This document shows, one piece after another, positions 13,221 to 26,528 of a stretch of DNA of 64,000 bases. Source of the stretch: Octopus vulgaris (Eukaryota); the NCBI GenBank assembly GCA_951406725.2, contig OX597828.1, forward strand, positions 60,512,001 to 60,576,000, in the 5' to 3' direction. The translations under genes were made by a program, and so were the position numbers. The notes under the pieces are model-generated. The model was not told where the DNA came from, searched no databases, and worked only from the letters and a program-made list of their open reading frames with translations. Each line of letters opens with the position of its first letter. Positions within the stretch are counted from its first letter, which is position 1.

Positions 13221-13988
13221 CATGTTTTTGACATGAACTCAAAAGAAAGGTTTTTGGTTGATACAGGAGCAGCCTGTTCAATTTGGCCTTTAAAGCTTTT
13301 AAAAGAGAAACCAAAACCTGTTTATTTGACTTTTCAAGCAGTTAATCAATCTGATATCTGAACATTTGGAGAGATTAGTTTAACTCTATAAATTTACGAA
13401 GAGAATAAGTGGATCTTCATAGTAGCAGATTTGCCTTACCCAATATTAGGGGCAGATTTTCTGGCATACTATTATCTAATGGTAGATGTAAAAAAACAAA
13501 AACTGATAGACACAGAAACTTCATTAAAAATTCAAGGAATGAGATGCAGAAAAGCCACAGTCAGTCCATTGTATTTCATAGCGTCCTCAGAAAATCGTTA
13601 TCACAGGATTTTGAAGAATTATCTGAATATCACGAAACAGTTAGCTCTAAATACCAAGTGTGTGCATTCGGTAACACATCACATCATCACACAAGGACCA
13701 CCAAGTTTTTATAAGCCAAGAAGACTATCTCTGGAAAAATTGAAGGTTGCTAAGGCCGAGTTTAGTCATATGTTGGACCTTGGTATAATTTGTCCTTCCA
13801 GTAGTAGCTGGTCAACACCATTAGTTATGGTGAAGAAGAATCTCATTGACTGGCGTCCTTGTGGAGATTTTAGGCAACTTAATTCAAAAACAAAAGCAGA
13901 TAAATATCCAATTCCTTACATTATGGATTTTGCAACTTCTTTGAGTGGTTGTACTATTTTTTTGAAAACTGATTTAGTTAGGGCATAT
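13221..13988 (+). mobile_element. Ty3/Gypsy pol fragment (aspartic protease + RT start)
   Basis: Motifs FLVDTGA, PILGADFL, SSSSWSTPLVMVKK, WRPCGDFRQLN, KYPIP, DLVRAY. Confidence 0.9.
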
Positions 13989-14059
13989 ATACATGTGTGT
14001 CCGCACACCCATGTACATGTGCCTATATGTATATATAGATATAGGCGCATGTTGGTTCT

Positions 14060-14470
14060 TGTATGTGGTGTGAAACAGTGCTGTTTACTGTTTATAGTGG
14101 TTATCATTTTAAGTAATTAAATATTTCTAGATATTCTAGGAGTTTTTGAATGATTATGAATCATTTTTTGTTATAATGGTGACAACATAGTGGTTTTGTA
14201 GCATTTTCTTCTCTGTCCTTTCCTGGCAACTCAATCAACTCTGTTTCTATGTTTATAAATGACGTATTTGTGCTCCTGTGTAGATATCTTAGTGAATATG
14301 TGTGAGGTATACTGTAGAAACTCATGTACGTTGCATACCTGTGTAATTTACACAGGTGATTTTCAGGATAACAATTGTTAAAAAAAGCTTCTACTTGTGT
14401 AAAATTTGCATCCAAAAGTTTTCAGAATTGTCGATATGGCCAGAGGGAAAAGGTTTTCAATTTAGTTGTA
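14060..14470 (-). pseudogene. Possible very old piggyBac transposase remnant
   Basis: KPLCCHHYNKK resembles the piggyBac KP.....YN..M motif. Otherwise decayed. Confidence 0.3.
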
Positions 14471-15230
14471 TTTAGGATAATTTCACTTACTTATGATTAG
14501 ATTTTATTAAATTTTCATTAAATAAAAATAATTTATGTTTAACAGGTATCACATTGAAAGCTATTAAATTACGAAATGTTTGTGTTGTTTATAATAAACT
14601 TTAATCTACAGTTCTTGCCCACAAGAGATTATATCGAATCTTTAGCATACTTCTGTATGTCTTCTCAAATCACGATAGTCCTTATCAACAAAAAAACAAA
14701 GCTGATAAGTACACACATGTGTTGCAAAATAAGTTTAATTACCAATAAACATCATTTGGATGACACTTTACTCAGCCGACAGAGGAAGGTGACTGATCAA
14801 ACTGATTATGTAAACAGAATTCTGATTGGTCGAAAGTGTCTTCTTGTCTCAAGCTCTGATTTTCTGCCTATTCTTGTTGGAACCTTTGATATGGAGGACT
14901 GAAATTTTAATCTCTTTCCACACCCTCAGAAAAAAATTTTTAACCACACATTCCAATACAATCAGAATCTACACCATTTGAAGTATATTTATAGAAAATT
15001 TCATTAAAAAAATATCTTTATGAAAGTTATGAGGAAACAAAGTAGCGGGGGGAGGGGGACACATGAGTAGGAATATCTTTTTTGAATGAAATTTTCTACC
15101 AATACCTGTCGGGATGTATCGATTCCGAGTACATCAAAATTTAATGTAAAAAGGAAAATATTGGTGGGCACATACATACAAACACATTACATGATGTATA
15201 TCTTCAAAATGAAACTAGAATTTTAGAAAA

Positions 15231-15612
15231 GGCCCAGGCATGGCTGTGTGGTAAGAAGCTTACTTCCCAACCACATGGTTCTGGGTTCAATCCCACTTTG
15301 GGCAAGTGTCTTCTACTATTGTTTTGGGCTGACCAAAGCCTTGTGAGTGAATTTGGTAGACAGAAACTGAAAGAAGCTTGTCCGCCTTCCATGTTGGTAT
15401 GGGTAGTATATATTTATGTCTGTGTTTGTCGCCCCATATTGATTGACAACTGATGTTGATGTTTATGTCCTTGTAACTTAGTGGTTCATCAAAAGACAGT
15501 GATAGAATAAGTACTAGGCTTACAAAGAATAAGTCGATTTGTTTAACTAAAAAACCCTTTAAGGTGGTGCTCCAGCATGGCTGCAGTCAAATGACTGGAA
15601 CAAATAAAAGAA
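15231..15612 (+). mobile_element. tRNA-derived SINE, family A
   Basis: A box TGGCTGTGTGG, B box GGTTCAATCCC, and a body and tail shared with copies at 32619, 34407 and 51545. Confidence 0.9.
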
Positions 15613-16420
15613 TCTGTATCCGGGCATTGCTATAGATGTGCACCCCCAAGGGGGAGGAGGGCATGAGGGGCACGTGCCCACCTCAAGAAAAGAAGTGCAC
15701 CCTTCTAAACAATGTTACCACGCCCTTTTCTCCTGGAATTGCATTCCCTTCTGACCTTGTGCCCTCCTTTCGAAAAATTCCTGGGACCATGCCTATAACT
15801 TCCAGAAAAATGGATACTTTTTTAGGGATTTGCTAGAAAGAATTTTTCCGAGAGGGTCGGAAAATTCACATGACCCGACTTCTTTCCCTCATCACTTTCA
15901 GGAAAATGGGTACCATTCAATGAAATTTTATAGAAATACTTTTCAAATGGTATTGATTACGAGTATAAAGAAATTTGTCGGGAAAATGTTTTCTGAAAGG
16001 GTGAGGAGAGGACTGTCGGAAATTTCACACGATCCGTTTTTTTCTAACTTTCAGGGTCTAGTCTAGCGCCCGCTCATCAAAACGAACCCCCCCCCCCCCA
16101 GTCTAATAGATGTAAAAAAAAAAAAAAACGTGTAGAAAACGTGACCAGGGCTTAAACTGTATATTGATTGACCACAACAAAGTCGGTGGGGTACACATGT
16201 GTAGTTATGCCACTTTAGAAACTGGCTCAATTCTTTAATGGTGATGAATTCGAAATACCCCAAAACATAAACATCCATTTGACAATCATCAACTGCGTAG
16301 TTTTAGCCGATGAAAGAAGACGCATTGCACACTAGGGACTATCTAGAAGGTTTCCTAGATACCAATAAAATTTTAATAGAACTACAATATTGTTTAAAAA
16401 CATAATTACTGAGATTAATT

Positions 16421-16675
16421 ACTTACATTAAAGTTAGTTTTCTAAAACGTCTTCCATCTTGAATTTGAATTCCGAGGTAACTAATTAAAAAAAAATTATA
16501 TTTAATATACTTCTATAAAATAATGGATTTGAAAATTAATATTGTAATTTAAAAGTAATATTAGCGTACACATTTCTGAAATTCTTCTTAGTTTCGGTGT
16601 TAACTATTTAGCGCGTAAATATTAGGTGTGATACTGTTGTCATTTCCTTATCCGGTCTCTTGTAAAGTCGTCATC
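16421..16675. promoter_or_regulatory. Probable bidirectional promoter/5' UTR region: RPL24 (+) and non-coding exon 1 of the divergent gene (-)
   Basis: Pyrimidine tract tttccttatccggtctctt (16643-16661) just before the RPL24 ATG (5'TOP/TCT-like). On the - strand a consensus donor AAT|GTAAGT lies at 16426, preceded by AAGATGG. Confidence 0.45.
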
Positions 16676-16680
16676 ATGAA
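16676..16680 (+). CDS. RPL24: 60S ribosomal protein L24 (eL24), coding exon 1
   Basis: ATGAA|gtaagt joins exon 2 to give [10 protein letters not shown]. Confidence 0.9.
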
Positions 16681-16809
16681 GTAAGTATTACATTAAAGAC
16701 TTATCCGCAAAAAAATCATATTTCAATTGCTAAATCTAATTTATTGTTTACTAATATTGATAATTTGTTGTATATATTTAAATATATGTATGTATTTTTA
16801 TACTTACAG

Positions 16810-16885
16810 GATTGAAGTTTGCAGTTTCAGTGGTTATAAAATATATCCTGGTCATGGGAAGCGCATGGTTAAAGCCGATGGCAAG
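16810..16885 (+). CDS. RPL24: RPL24 coding exon 2
   Basis: ttacag|G ATT GAA ... [25 protein letters not shown]|gtaact. Confidence 0.97.
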
Positions 16886-17419
16886 GTAACTTTTGAAATT
16901 GGTTTCGTATGTCCTAGAACTGTGTGATTGTTCAAGGTGTAGCTACAATTTATATTCTTATTCCTAACGGTTATCTTTCATGTCAAACAGCAGTTTTTTT
17001 TTGTCATATTAAAAAATGCCAATATCAATGCACAACGATTATATACATATACATATACACACAAACACACACGGTGCTTTGAAGAAATTGTTTAAATTAC
17101 GAATATGCAAAACACGTTTTCAAAATTTTTAATTTCCCCATTCCTCAATTTTAATTTTAAATTTTTTGGAAATGTTTATTTCAATCTACGTGGAATCTGT
17201 AGTTATGCCCTTTGAGGAAAATGGATATCTTTTTACTTCACACTCGCGTAGGAAACGAATCTGAAATGCGCAGAAAGAAACTGGGAAAGGTGGAGGATTT
17301 CGTTAAATTCACATGATCCTTTTGAAATCACAAACTAGGTTTTTCCGTAGGAACAGATGCTAAACACCCCTTTGAAGGGTTCGGGGTCCTTCATATTTAT
17401 ATATATATATATATAATGC

Positions 17420-17730
17420 GGGTACTACTTGAGAACAGTGGTCCCGGTGCGCGCATCCGCGCCAGCTAGTCATGACTAGTCGATCCTTTGTGTTTTATTT
17501 ACAAAGAAATTATTTTAAAAATTTGCCGGTCAAATTGAAAAGATCCTTTTAAAATATTATTTACTTTGTTCGAAAAATATAAAAACCCCATTTTCTTTGA
17601 TATTTATTCAGCCTTGAAATACAAACATGTATGCGCGAAACTATTCGTTTGCATACGCGCAAGTCGTTGTAGGATCGACTACTTACGACTAGCTAGCGCG
17701 CACCGGGACCACTGTTCGCTAGTGGTACCC
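17420..17730. mobile_element. MITE-like element with ~60-bp imperfect TIRs
   Basis: Left end GGGTACTACT..GAACAGTGGTCCCGGTGCGCGC..AGCTAGTC..TAGTCGATCCT is mirrored by the right end ...CACCGGGACCACTGTTCGCTAGTGGTACCC. No clear TSD. Confidence 0.75.
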
Positions 17731-18084
17731 TTCCTCTAATTTCAACGGATCCCCATAAATTAGAGAAAATTGAGGCTTGCAAAACGGCAGTTCTGTAAAT
17801 TTCTTCACAAAAGAGTTCCCAGTTGACGGGCTGTTGCAACAAGTTTCCAATGTATATTTTACAAGTTACCCTCAAAAATATATTGTGTGATTTATATACG
17901 TAATATGAGTTTACAAATATTTTATTCAAAATTAACTCATTTTTATTTACATGTAAAGTGAGTGAAAAATTTTGATTAGTAATGATCATGTTCAAACAAA
18001 ATTGAAATAATTATATATTTAGTTGAATTTACCTGTAATGCTACTACTATTAAATTACCTTCAGTTAGTTAAAGATTTTTTCTT

Positions 18085-18381
18085 TTTGTTTCATGCTGGG
18101 ATAGCACCTTGAAGAATTTTTAGTTGAATGTATTGATCCCAGTACTTATTTTTTAAAAGCCTGCTACTTATTCTATTGGTCGCTTTTGCTGAACTGCTAA
18201 GTTACAGGGCCATAAATACATCAGCACTCATTGTCAAGTGGTGGTGGGGAGGACAGACACACATGTCTATATATATGACAGCTTCTTTGAGTTTCTGTCT
18301 ACCAAACACACTCCAGGCCATAGTAGAAGACAATGCCCAAGGTGCTACCATGTGGTTTTGGAAGAAATCTTACTACAAGCC
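18085..18381 (-). mobile_element. Decayed SINE family A copy
   Basis: Reverse-complement similarity to the SINE at 15231. Confidence 0.7.
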
Positions 18382-21300
18382 TTTTATTAAATTGTTCCAG
18401 AAATCACTATGACCATATTTGAATTTAATTGAAACACATAAGGGGTCTATTTGGGTTAGAAACATAGTAATGGACCGCTTAAAGAATGAAAGAGGTATAT
18501 GAGTGGGTGGTGAAAAGTTCTTGGCTTTAAGGATATTGCAAAGGGCCTGGTTGGAGATCCAAGATTCCATTGGTTTAAGTTTGTTCCCCCTGTGCATACT
18601 ATTGGCTGTTGTATAGCTGTAGGTGGACCAGTGCCATTTGAGTGAAATTTGATAGATGGAAACTGGAAGAAACCTTCTCCATGTGTGTGTGTGTGCTGAT
18701 ACTAAATAAGGTACCAATTATACAGTGACTTATGACAAATATAAAAATTTGCTATGGTAGAAAATATATTTGAAACACAGGCAATGCTGATTGCCTTTGC
18801 TTGATATGTAATGCTTCTTTTTTTCTTCTCAAATTTCCTTTTAAAACTTGATAGCTTATTGTCGATGATCTACTCTTATATTGTACTCTATTGCTTGGTG
18901 TGCATGGTCTTAGGTTTTGACGATTGTACATTACATTAGGTAGGGCATCTAGCCATAGCTGACCTCTGCCTTGCCTGCTTCTAGTTAAACTGTCCAATCT
19001 ATGCTGGTGTGGAAAATGAACATTTGAGGATGAGGTTGCTTGTTTGTATACATTTACATATCTCTGTATTTATGCTTTCACTAGCAGCATAGCCTGGCGT
19101 TGCCCGGGTATGTAAGAGTAGGCAACGACTAATCCCAATCTAGTCCTTTCCCTCTAGGGAACGAAGGCGCATGTGTAGGTTGCAATGTCTTCTCTTCACC
19201 TGAATACTTCTGTTTATACGATGTTCCTAGCTGTCCCTTTGGGCGAAAACATGAAAACATCATTGCGCCTCCCAACGCGTGAACAGCCCACGTAGAGTTG
19301 ACCGTGGGCGAAGCACTGTTCGCCCAAATGTAACCCAGCGACTTGTAGCATTTGGCCTTGGGATTTATTGATGGACATTGTGAAGCAGAGTTTAACAGGA
19401 AACTGAGAACGCCTGAAGTGGATTGGTAGGTCAGCGCCCGACGGTGCATGCATGGAATGAAGACGTCCTCTCCCTTCCCACAACCGGTAAGTATTGTGGC
19501 CGTTATTAAATGTGGTGCCAAATGTTTCACAACCAGACATGTGCCGTTGCACTGTTTAGGTGGAACCAAATTCCTGATGAGCATAATGGGCGCACCGACT
19601 TTTAACTTCAGGATGTGTGGCGGCAGGCCTGGCAGTTCAAGTGAATTCGGGAATTCAACAGGATAATCGGCAAGCTTGGCGGGGTCTGCTGTCCTATCTA
19701 TAGATTTGTAGATGTGGACATCACCAGGAATAGCTTCAAGTAGCTGGATATTGATGGAGTTGACGGTTGTATTTTTGGGTGCGAGAATAGCTCTGCCTGC
19801 CAGCCATTTTAGGTCGCGTAAATTGTTTTGTAGGTTGTGGAAGACAGCGTCCTGGAGGCTAGCAGGGGTGTCGACAGTGGTGCAAAGTGAGTCCAATTGA
19901 ACGCAGCCATCCGCATCAGCCGGCATCCTATTTTCACCGAGCGATAAAAGGTCCCTGGAGAATGCAGCGGATCCACTGTCACCAATCAACTGCGCGCACA
20001 TGTTAGTTTGGAGGTGCAAGGGCCGCACATGTGCCCAAAGAGCTGACGACTTGAGGCACGCGCGCACGGGTTCCTTTTGGAATAACAGGTAGAGTCTGCC
20101 TGAAGTCTCCTGAAAGAAGTAAAGTCAATCCTCCCATGGGGGCCGTAGAGTCTCTGATGTCTTGCAGGGACCTGTCCAGTGCCTCAAGGGCGTCTTTGTG
20201 TGCTATAGTGCACTCGTCCCATACGATGAGTTTGCAACTGCGCAGAATGTCGGCCTGTTCTTGGCGATGTTGCAGATAGGTGACTCGGACTTTGCCAGAT
20301 CGAGCGGGAGTCTGAAGGCAGAGTGGGCGGTTCTGCCACCCGGAAGCAACGTGGCCGCGATACCAGAGGAAGCTGTCCGTGTTGCGTCTGACCTCCGCCA
20401 GAATTAGTTTCGTGACGAAGGTTTTGCCAGTGCCGCCAGGTGCGTCAAGGAAGTAAATCCCCCCACGTTGCTGTCTGTCAGAGTCTACGATGGTGTTGTA
20501 GGCTATGCGCTGGTCTGGAAGCAGTCGTGGTTCATTATCTTGGACGTACTGGTGCAGTTCCTCAATGCAGTAGGAAGTTTTGCATAACAATTCAGCAGAC
20601 ATAACATTAGCGTGTTCAGGTGTGGGTGGTGGAAGGCCGTACTCTGTTAAAGCAGAGCCACCCATATCGATGACAGCGTCTTCGAGTTGAATAAGCGCAA
20701 AATTGTAAATGAAGTTGGTGAACGTGATCTCGGCGGAAGGGCATGCGACATGTCATCCCTGTATTTCATCCAGAGACTTAGTGGGTCACTAAACTGACAT
20801 TTTTGAAGAAGGATTGCGTAAAGATGTCGTAGGGCTGAAGGCGTTTGCAGTAAAGCGCCCTCTGCCATATTGGCGTCCCACTGGGAGTCATCCTCTAGAA
20901 GGCCAAGTCTCATACATGCTTCCCTGAAGGTGTCGCACAGAACCCCATTGACGGTACGTATATTGCCGAAACCTGTTGGACCAGTGACCTCATGTAGAAG
21001 GAGACGGCGGTAGAAGCATTCTTGCTGGTTTGGCGGGATGTTGTAAACTCGACCCAGGCAGGAGTCAAACTTGACGCCTGGGAAGCCTTCAACGTTTTTG
21101 CCGGATTTCCGTCGAACCCAGGTGTTGTTAGACCACACGAAGTACGATGGGACCTGTGGGTACAAAAGTGTTCGAGCGAAGTCATCACATTGGCATAATT
21201 TGAAGAAACTGGTCAACGTTGTGTCTTTAGGGTTGGTGGCTACCTGCGCAGCACTTTGCTCTGTGAAGTAAATCCGCTGTCCATTTTCCAAGTGTACAGC

Positions 21301-21464
21301 AAGCTGTACCACAGCCGGGTGTCTCTGATGGGGCGGGAAGCCGTAAATGTGCCAAAACGCTTCGTTGCTGCTGAGGTACCGGCCTGCCAAATAGTTAGAC
21401 ACTTCGTCGCGACTGGTGGTCCCCTGAATGCTGAACATGGCAGCATCGCTGCCCTTGTTGATAT

Positions 21465-22186
21465 TGATATGGGGGTCAATTTGGGGACAGTGCTTGCGAC
21501 CTACTTTTTGTGAGCTGGCATTGAGCAGATGAGTAAATCTTTTGTTCCGTCAGATTCTGGAAAGATTAACGAGTTTCGAAGAGACCTCTGCCCTTTCCGG
21601 TCAAAGAAAGTTTAAGGAAAAAAATAAATCTGCTACCCTTTAAAATGTGGGAGCTGTGGGTTTGTGGAGTCAGTTGGAGGGTAGCTGTCGTGAGGGTCAA
21701 TGCAGAGATGACAAGCGTGGCGAGAAAGACAGACAGTGAGAGGAGGACGGGCAGATAGGATTAAGCAGAGCAAGAGAGAGGGACTACGGCATGAAGGCAT
21801 GGCTGTTCGTAGCGGGAGTTTGTAAACGAAGAAATGTAACGGTATGTGTTGTATTTTGATGTGAATTGTGTTAAAAAAGAGTTGTTAAAGAAAAGAATTG
21901 TTGAACTAAAAAAGAGAATTGATGTGAAAAAAAGAGGAAAAAGAAATGAAATTGTAAAGACATTGTGAATTAAGGAAAAGAGTTGTTGAAATGTAAAAGA
22001 GAAAGACTTTAATGTGATTTGAACATTGAACTGTATCGTTAATGTGAACATTATTTGTTTTAATTTGATCTGAACTGTTGTCTCCGGACTGTATATTGTA
22101 TTTGCATGCTTTGATTTTGTTGCTTGTATTTTCTTTGATGTATCTGATGTATTTTACATTGTATCTGATGTCGTAATTGTTATAAC
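21465..22186. mobile_element. Truncated LTR-like insertion inside the Helitron
   Basis: Interrupts RepHel between GGRTITV and YINKGSD, begins TG, and resembles in reverse the solo LTRs at 34908 and 44129. Part of the Helitron coding sequence is missing at the junction. Confidence 0.65.
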
Positions 22187-23095
22187 CGTAATCGTGCGGC
22201 CTCCATTGGCTGGACTCCTTCGTTTGTATAGCGGATACCCATTGCCACCTGTTTGAGTCTCCAAAGTGAACCATTTAGGGAATCCCTTTGAGCAGGCTAA
22301 TCCGTTTTTGCAGCATGGTGTGTTGGTGTAATTTGGTCCACAGGGTCCGTGTACCATGGTAGTGTGGGCAGTTTCGTACAGTTCGGGGTCCTCATCGGGG
22401 TCAGGAATCTCGGCGGAAATGAATTTGTCAATGTCATTAGTCTCGATTTTATTAGTTAGCCAAATTAAGATGTGAGCATGTAGCAAGCCCCTCTTTTGCC
22501 ACTCGACCGAAAGCATGTGGCACCTGACATGCCTGAAAAATCTGACCCTTAACTATCAAATCCATCATTTTGCCCAAATTCAGACGGAAAACCCTAGCAA
22601 CGATGTCGTGCCGATGGGTGTGAGACTGACCTGGGAGGAGTTCACAAGTGATTTTGTCGCAGCTGGGATTGCACGTGTAGGTGATAAAGAGGTCTGGCCG
22701 GCCGTAAATGCGCACGTAGGTCAAGGCGTCTTGGGTTTTTTCGCGCATATATCGCGGTCCTCCCGTGAAGGTGGAGGGTAGAATGCATGACTTGCCGATA
22801 TTGTGAGGGTCATTTTCTTGTTGCAAGCCGTCACGGAGATGAATGTAGGAGTTGGAGCGAAGTTTGGTCTGATTAAGTTTAATGTATAGCAGCCTTTCCG
22901 ATTCCATTTTGGCGGCCATGTTGACGGCGAACTGGTTGAATAGCTGACGACAACGGGGCAATAAGCTGAACTCACCCTCCCTGACCATGAACCAGTATGA
23001 GTAGAACGCCCTGCAGGAAACCGTCTTTGATGCCACAGTAGTTTGATTGGAGGGCTGCCGTAAAGGAATTCCGAAGTGGTAGCCGTCTTCCCCAT

Positions 23096-23480
23096 GGATG
23101 GAAGCACTCCGTCGGTTCCGACGACGAGGGTTCCGGTTGATCTGATCAATGGAACAGCCTGCTCGTGAAATTAACGTGTAAGTGGCTGAGCACTCCACAG
23201 ACACGTGTACCCATAACGTAGTTCTCGGGGATATTCAGCGTGACACAGAGTGACAAGGCCGGCCCTTTGAAATACAGGTACAACAGAAACAGGAAGTAAG
23301 AGTGAGAGAAAGTTGTGGTGAAAGAGTACAGCAGGGATCACCACCATCCCTGCCGGAGCCTCGTGGAGCTTTAGGTGTTTTCGCTCAATAAACACTCAAA
23401 ACGCCCGGTATGGGAAACGTAACCGCGATCCTACGACCGCGAGTCCACTGCCCTAACCACTGGGCCATTGCGCCTCCAAT
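23096..23480 (-). mobile_element. tRNA-derived SINE, family B, inserted in the Helitron ORF
   Basis: Head GGAGGCGCAATGGCCCAGTGGTTAGGGC...GGTTACGTTTCCC. Exact 11-bp TSD gtcttccccat at 23085-23095 and 23481-23491 duplicates the YGED codons. Confidence 0.93.
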
Positions 23481-26400
23481 GTCTTCCCCATAAGAGAAAA
23501 GCAATGGATACTGAAGCGCGTCATAAGATCTGTGAGTCTCGCTGATCCTGCGTCGGCTGTTACCACGGGAGGAGATTATTATGTCACGGCTGTTGTTGCT
23601 CTCCGTGTATGACCGGCAATTTCGTTGCATGCAGGTGCATTGAAACGGCGTTCGTGCTCCCCGTGGAGTCGTTTATCAGCATCAATGACAACGGTGAAGT
23701 TTGGAGACGGAGCACTGTCCAAGGCATACCTGTAGCTGCAGACGTAGCTGTTGATATCATGAAGCATGGTTTGGAGACGGAGAAGAACGTCTTTGCGGGG
23801 AACATAGCATGTACTCGGTATTATTCCAAGGCGTGCATCAACCTGCTGGTTGTAGTCGGCAATGAAGTAGATTTGGAGGAAAGGAGGCTGTTGAATCTCG
23901 TCTGGCAGAAGTGACCCAATAAGATGGCAGACCTGTCCCTGCACTTTGAAAGTAGGCATCTAGCCTTCTCTAGGAGGAATTTTGGCCCCGAAAGAGGTCA
24001 TTTGGAATGAGCAGTTGTACTTTCGAATGATTTCAAGGAATTGTGACGATTCGGGGGTTAAACCCGCCGTGAGATCCTTCAGTGGTTGAAGTGGTTCCCG
24101 TAGGGGTGGCAGGTCCACTTTGCCACCAGAGCAGCACAAACCAGGTGGCTCTCCGGGCCATTTCTTGGCTTTGCAAAACTGGCATACAATTGTCATTGAC
24201 CACGCAAGAAGTTAATTGTGGCATTGTAGTTGAATGCTAGTGACGACCAGAAAGCGGGGGTAGGGGTACGTACACCACAAATGATATCCCGATTTTGGTT
24301 GATACTCTCAAGTCGAGTGCGCTGTGCCCCAGCAGATTGAGATGCGCATGCGACAGCGGTAGCAGTGGCATCCCTTGAAAGCCTTTCAGCTCTCGCCTCA
24401 GCACCCTCTGAAGTCTGGAGCAGCAGCAGTGTTAATGGCATCTCTGGATGTCCGAATAGTTCGTTGGTCTGGAGTTTCGGCAGATCGAGTCATGGCTGTG
24501 TTTGCGGCGTTAGCAGCTTGGCGAGCTCTCTTCTGTTGAGGTGTTTTGACAGATCGGGCCATGGCTGTGTTTGCGGCGTTAGCAGCTTGGCGAGTTCTCC
24601 TCTGCTGTGAGGTTTTGACAGATTGTGTCCTGGCAGTGCTAGTGGCGTTAGTTGCATCCCGAATGGGCTTTTGTTCGGGGTTCTCGCGAGCTCTGCGGAT
24701 GGAAGCACAGGAAGAAGCCCGCATGTTTTGGCTGGACTGTTGCTCTTTCGTCAACCTCGAGTGGAGGGAAGATCTGTACGCTGCGGCCCTTGCAAGTCAG
24801 GTAGAATGGTCGCTAGTAGTTTCAGATGCCTGAGCAGCAGCAGAACGGGAAGCGTTTTGCGAGAGGCGCAAAGCGGTTTCCTCGTGGGTCTCGCATGCCC
24901 TTCTAGCCCTAGCAGCCGATGCCTTGGCCGTCCGAGGGCTGAGGAGGGCCCTTCTCATCTCGGGTGGCATTTTGGTGGATAGCAATGTGTTTGGCAAAGG
25001 TGTAATAAAAAGGAACACGTGGGGTAAGTATCCCAAAATGTATAAAAATGTACAAAAACGGCAAAAAAGCGGGCAGCAATGTGAGTGACAACAACGAAAA
25101 AGCGAAAAGTGACCAAACTGAACAAACGAATGGAAAAGGTTTTTTGGTGCATACGACAAAAGCGGCTTATAATAAACCAAGAGTTCGCAAGTAGTGTCCG
25201 AGGACCCTTAGGGTACGTCAAAAATTGAAGGTAAAATGTTTGGGATGGTAGTTATAAAGAAAGTTTAAACAAAAAAAGTATTCGAATAACTTGCGGCTGC
25301 AGCAGCTATTAGCAGAAGTTGCGGTGTTGGGGGTAAAGTCTCGAATGTAATTTCTTCCTGGTAGGAATTGGTTGGGTTGAATTATCGATAACTGTTTGAT
25401 AGTTATTTCAGAGTGTAAGAGTTAAAAAGGTTGAGTTGCGTCCCCTAGACAGTCTGTGGTTTGTGTTAAATACACAAATCGGTTTGCTATGTGTGCCACA
25501 TATGATTTAATTAACCGATTTTTTCCAGTAATAAAGTATCCTATTGGATTAAAAAGGGCCATATAGCTCCTTGGATCAGATATGATGCTCGCTGTGAATT
25601 TAAAAAAAAATTCCTGCCAATTTGTGAAAGATATTGTCGTAAATATGTCATCTTGAATTTGAACGCGATTTCCCAAAAGGGCATGATTTTATCGATTTTT
25701 TTTTCTGATGGTAAGGTATTGCATGGAAAACTAACGTTAGAATTAAGTTCCTTGGGGTAACATTAAGCTTCACCATGAGTTTGGTGAAAATCGATTGCAA
25801 GTTGCGAAAACTACAACAGAAAATGCGTTGCATATAAAAAGCTTAGATTCTTGACCCCATGTCGAATATATCGATTTTTTTCAGAACTGGGGGAACTTTT
25901 CAAAATTTTCGCTGTGTTAGTTTTGAATTATGACATTGGGCTATGTGTATGTCAAGTTTCATCAGAATCGGTTTAAAGCCGTGGTCAGGGTGAGGGTACA
26001 ACCTGACAGACACACAGACTGACAAACTGCCGTTTATTTAGAGAGAGATCTTCTTTCAAGTTTTTTCTAACTTATATGGTCTTTTGAATATTACCATGTT
26101 TAATACTCCCTATTAATAAATACTGCATGGCAGGAAACACATTCCACTGATAGAGGTTTTTATATTTCTGCCAATGGCTGTTGTAGAAATTAGTGAGCAT
26201 TATGTGCGTGTATGTGTGTGTGTATACATATACATCATGATGTTGCAGTTTGTTCCTGTGATTTCACTCCTTATTAGCAGAGATGCATATTATTAGCAAA
26301 ATGTGTTACCAGATACTATTAATACATTTAGAGTAAAAGCAAGTATCATTAATACCTCAGGAAGAAAAGAAATTAAATTACATCACTTGAAATACAAGAG

Positions 26401-26528
26401 ATGTTTTTTTTAATTTTTTGATACAAAATATGATATGCCTATAAATGTAATGCAAGAAATTTGCTTATAACTTTTTGGATATTAGTACAGTGAGCCTAAA
26501 AGCTTCATTATCTATATTTTATTGATAG

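Larger units (their letters stand above)
19081..26048 (-). mobile_element. Full-length Helitron (RepHel: HUH Rep + PIF1 helicase), disrupted
   Basis: 5' A|TC at 26048. 3' hairpin CCCGGGCAACGCCAGG and CTAG|T at 19081. Rep motifs PDLFITYTCNP and VEWQKRGLLHAH; helicase motifs DAPGGTGKT, IVWDE, SGDFRQTLP, SINKSQG, HGQLYV. Many frameshifts and two nested insertions. Confidence 0.97.

Noticed and set aside
14900-16130. Repeat-like segments with internal inverted motifs around the SINE
   Set aside because: Probably non-autonomous DNA elements, but I could not define termini or TSDs.
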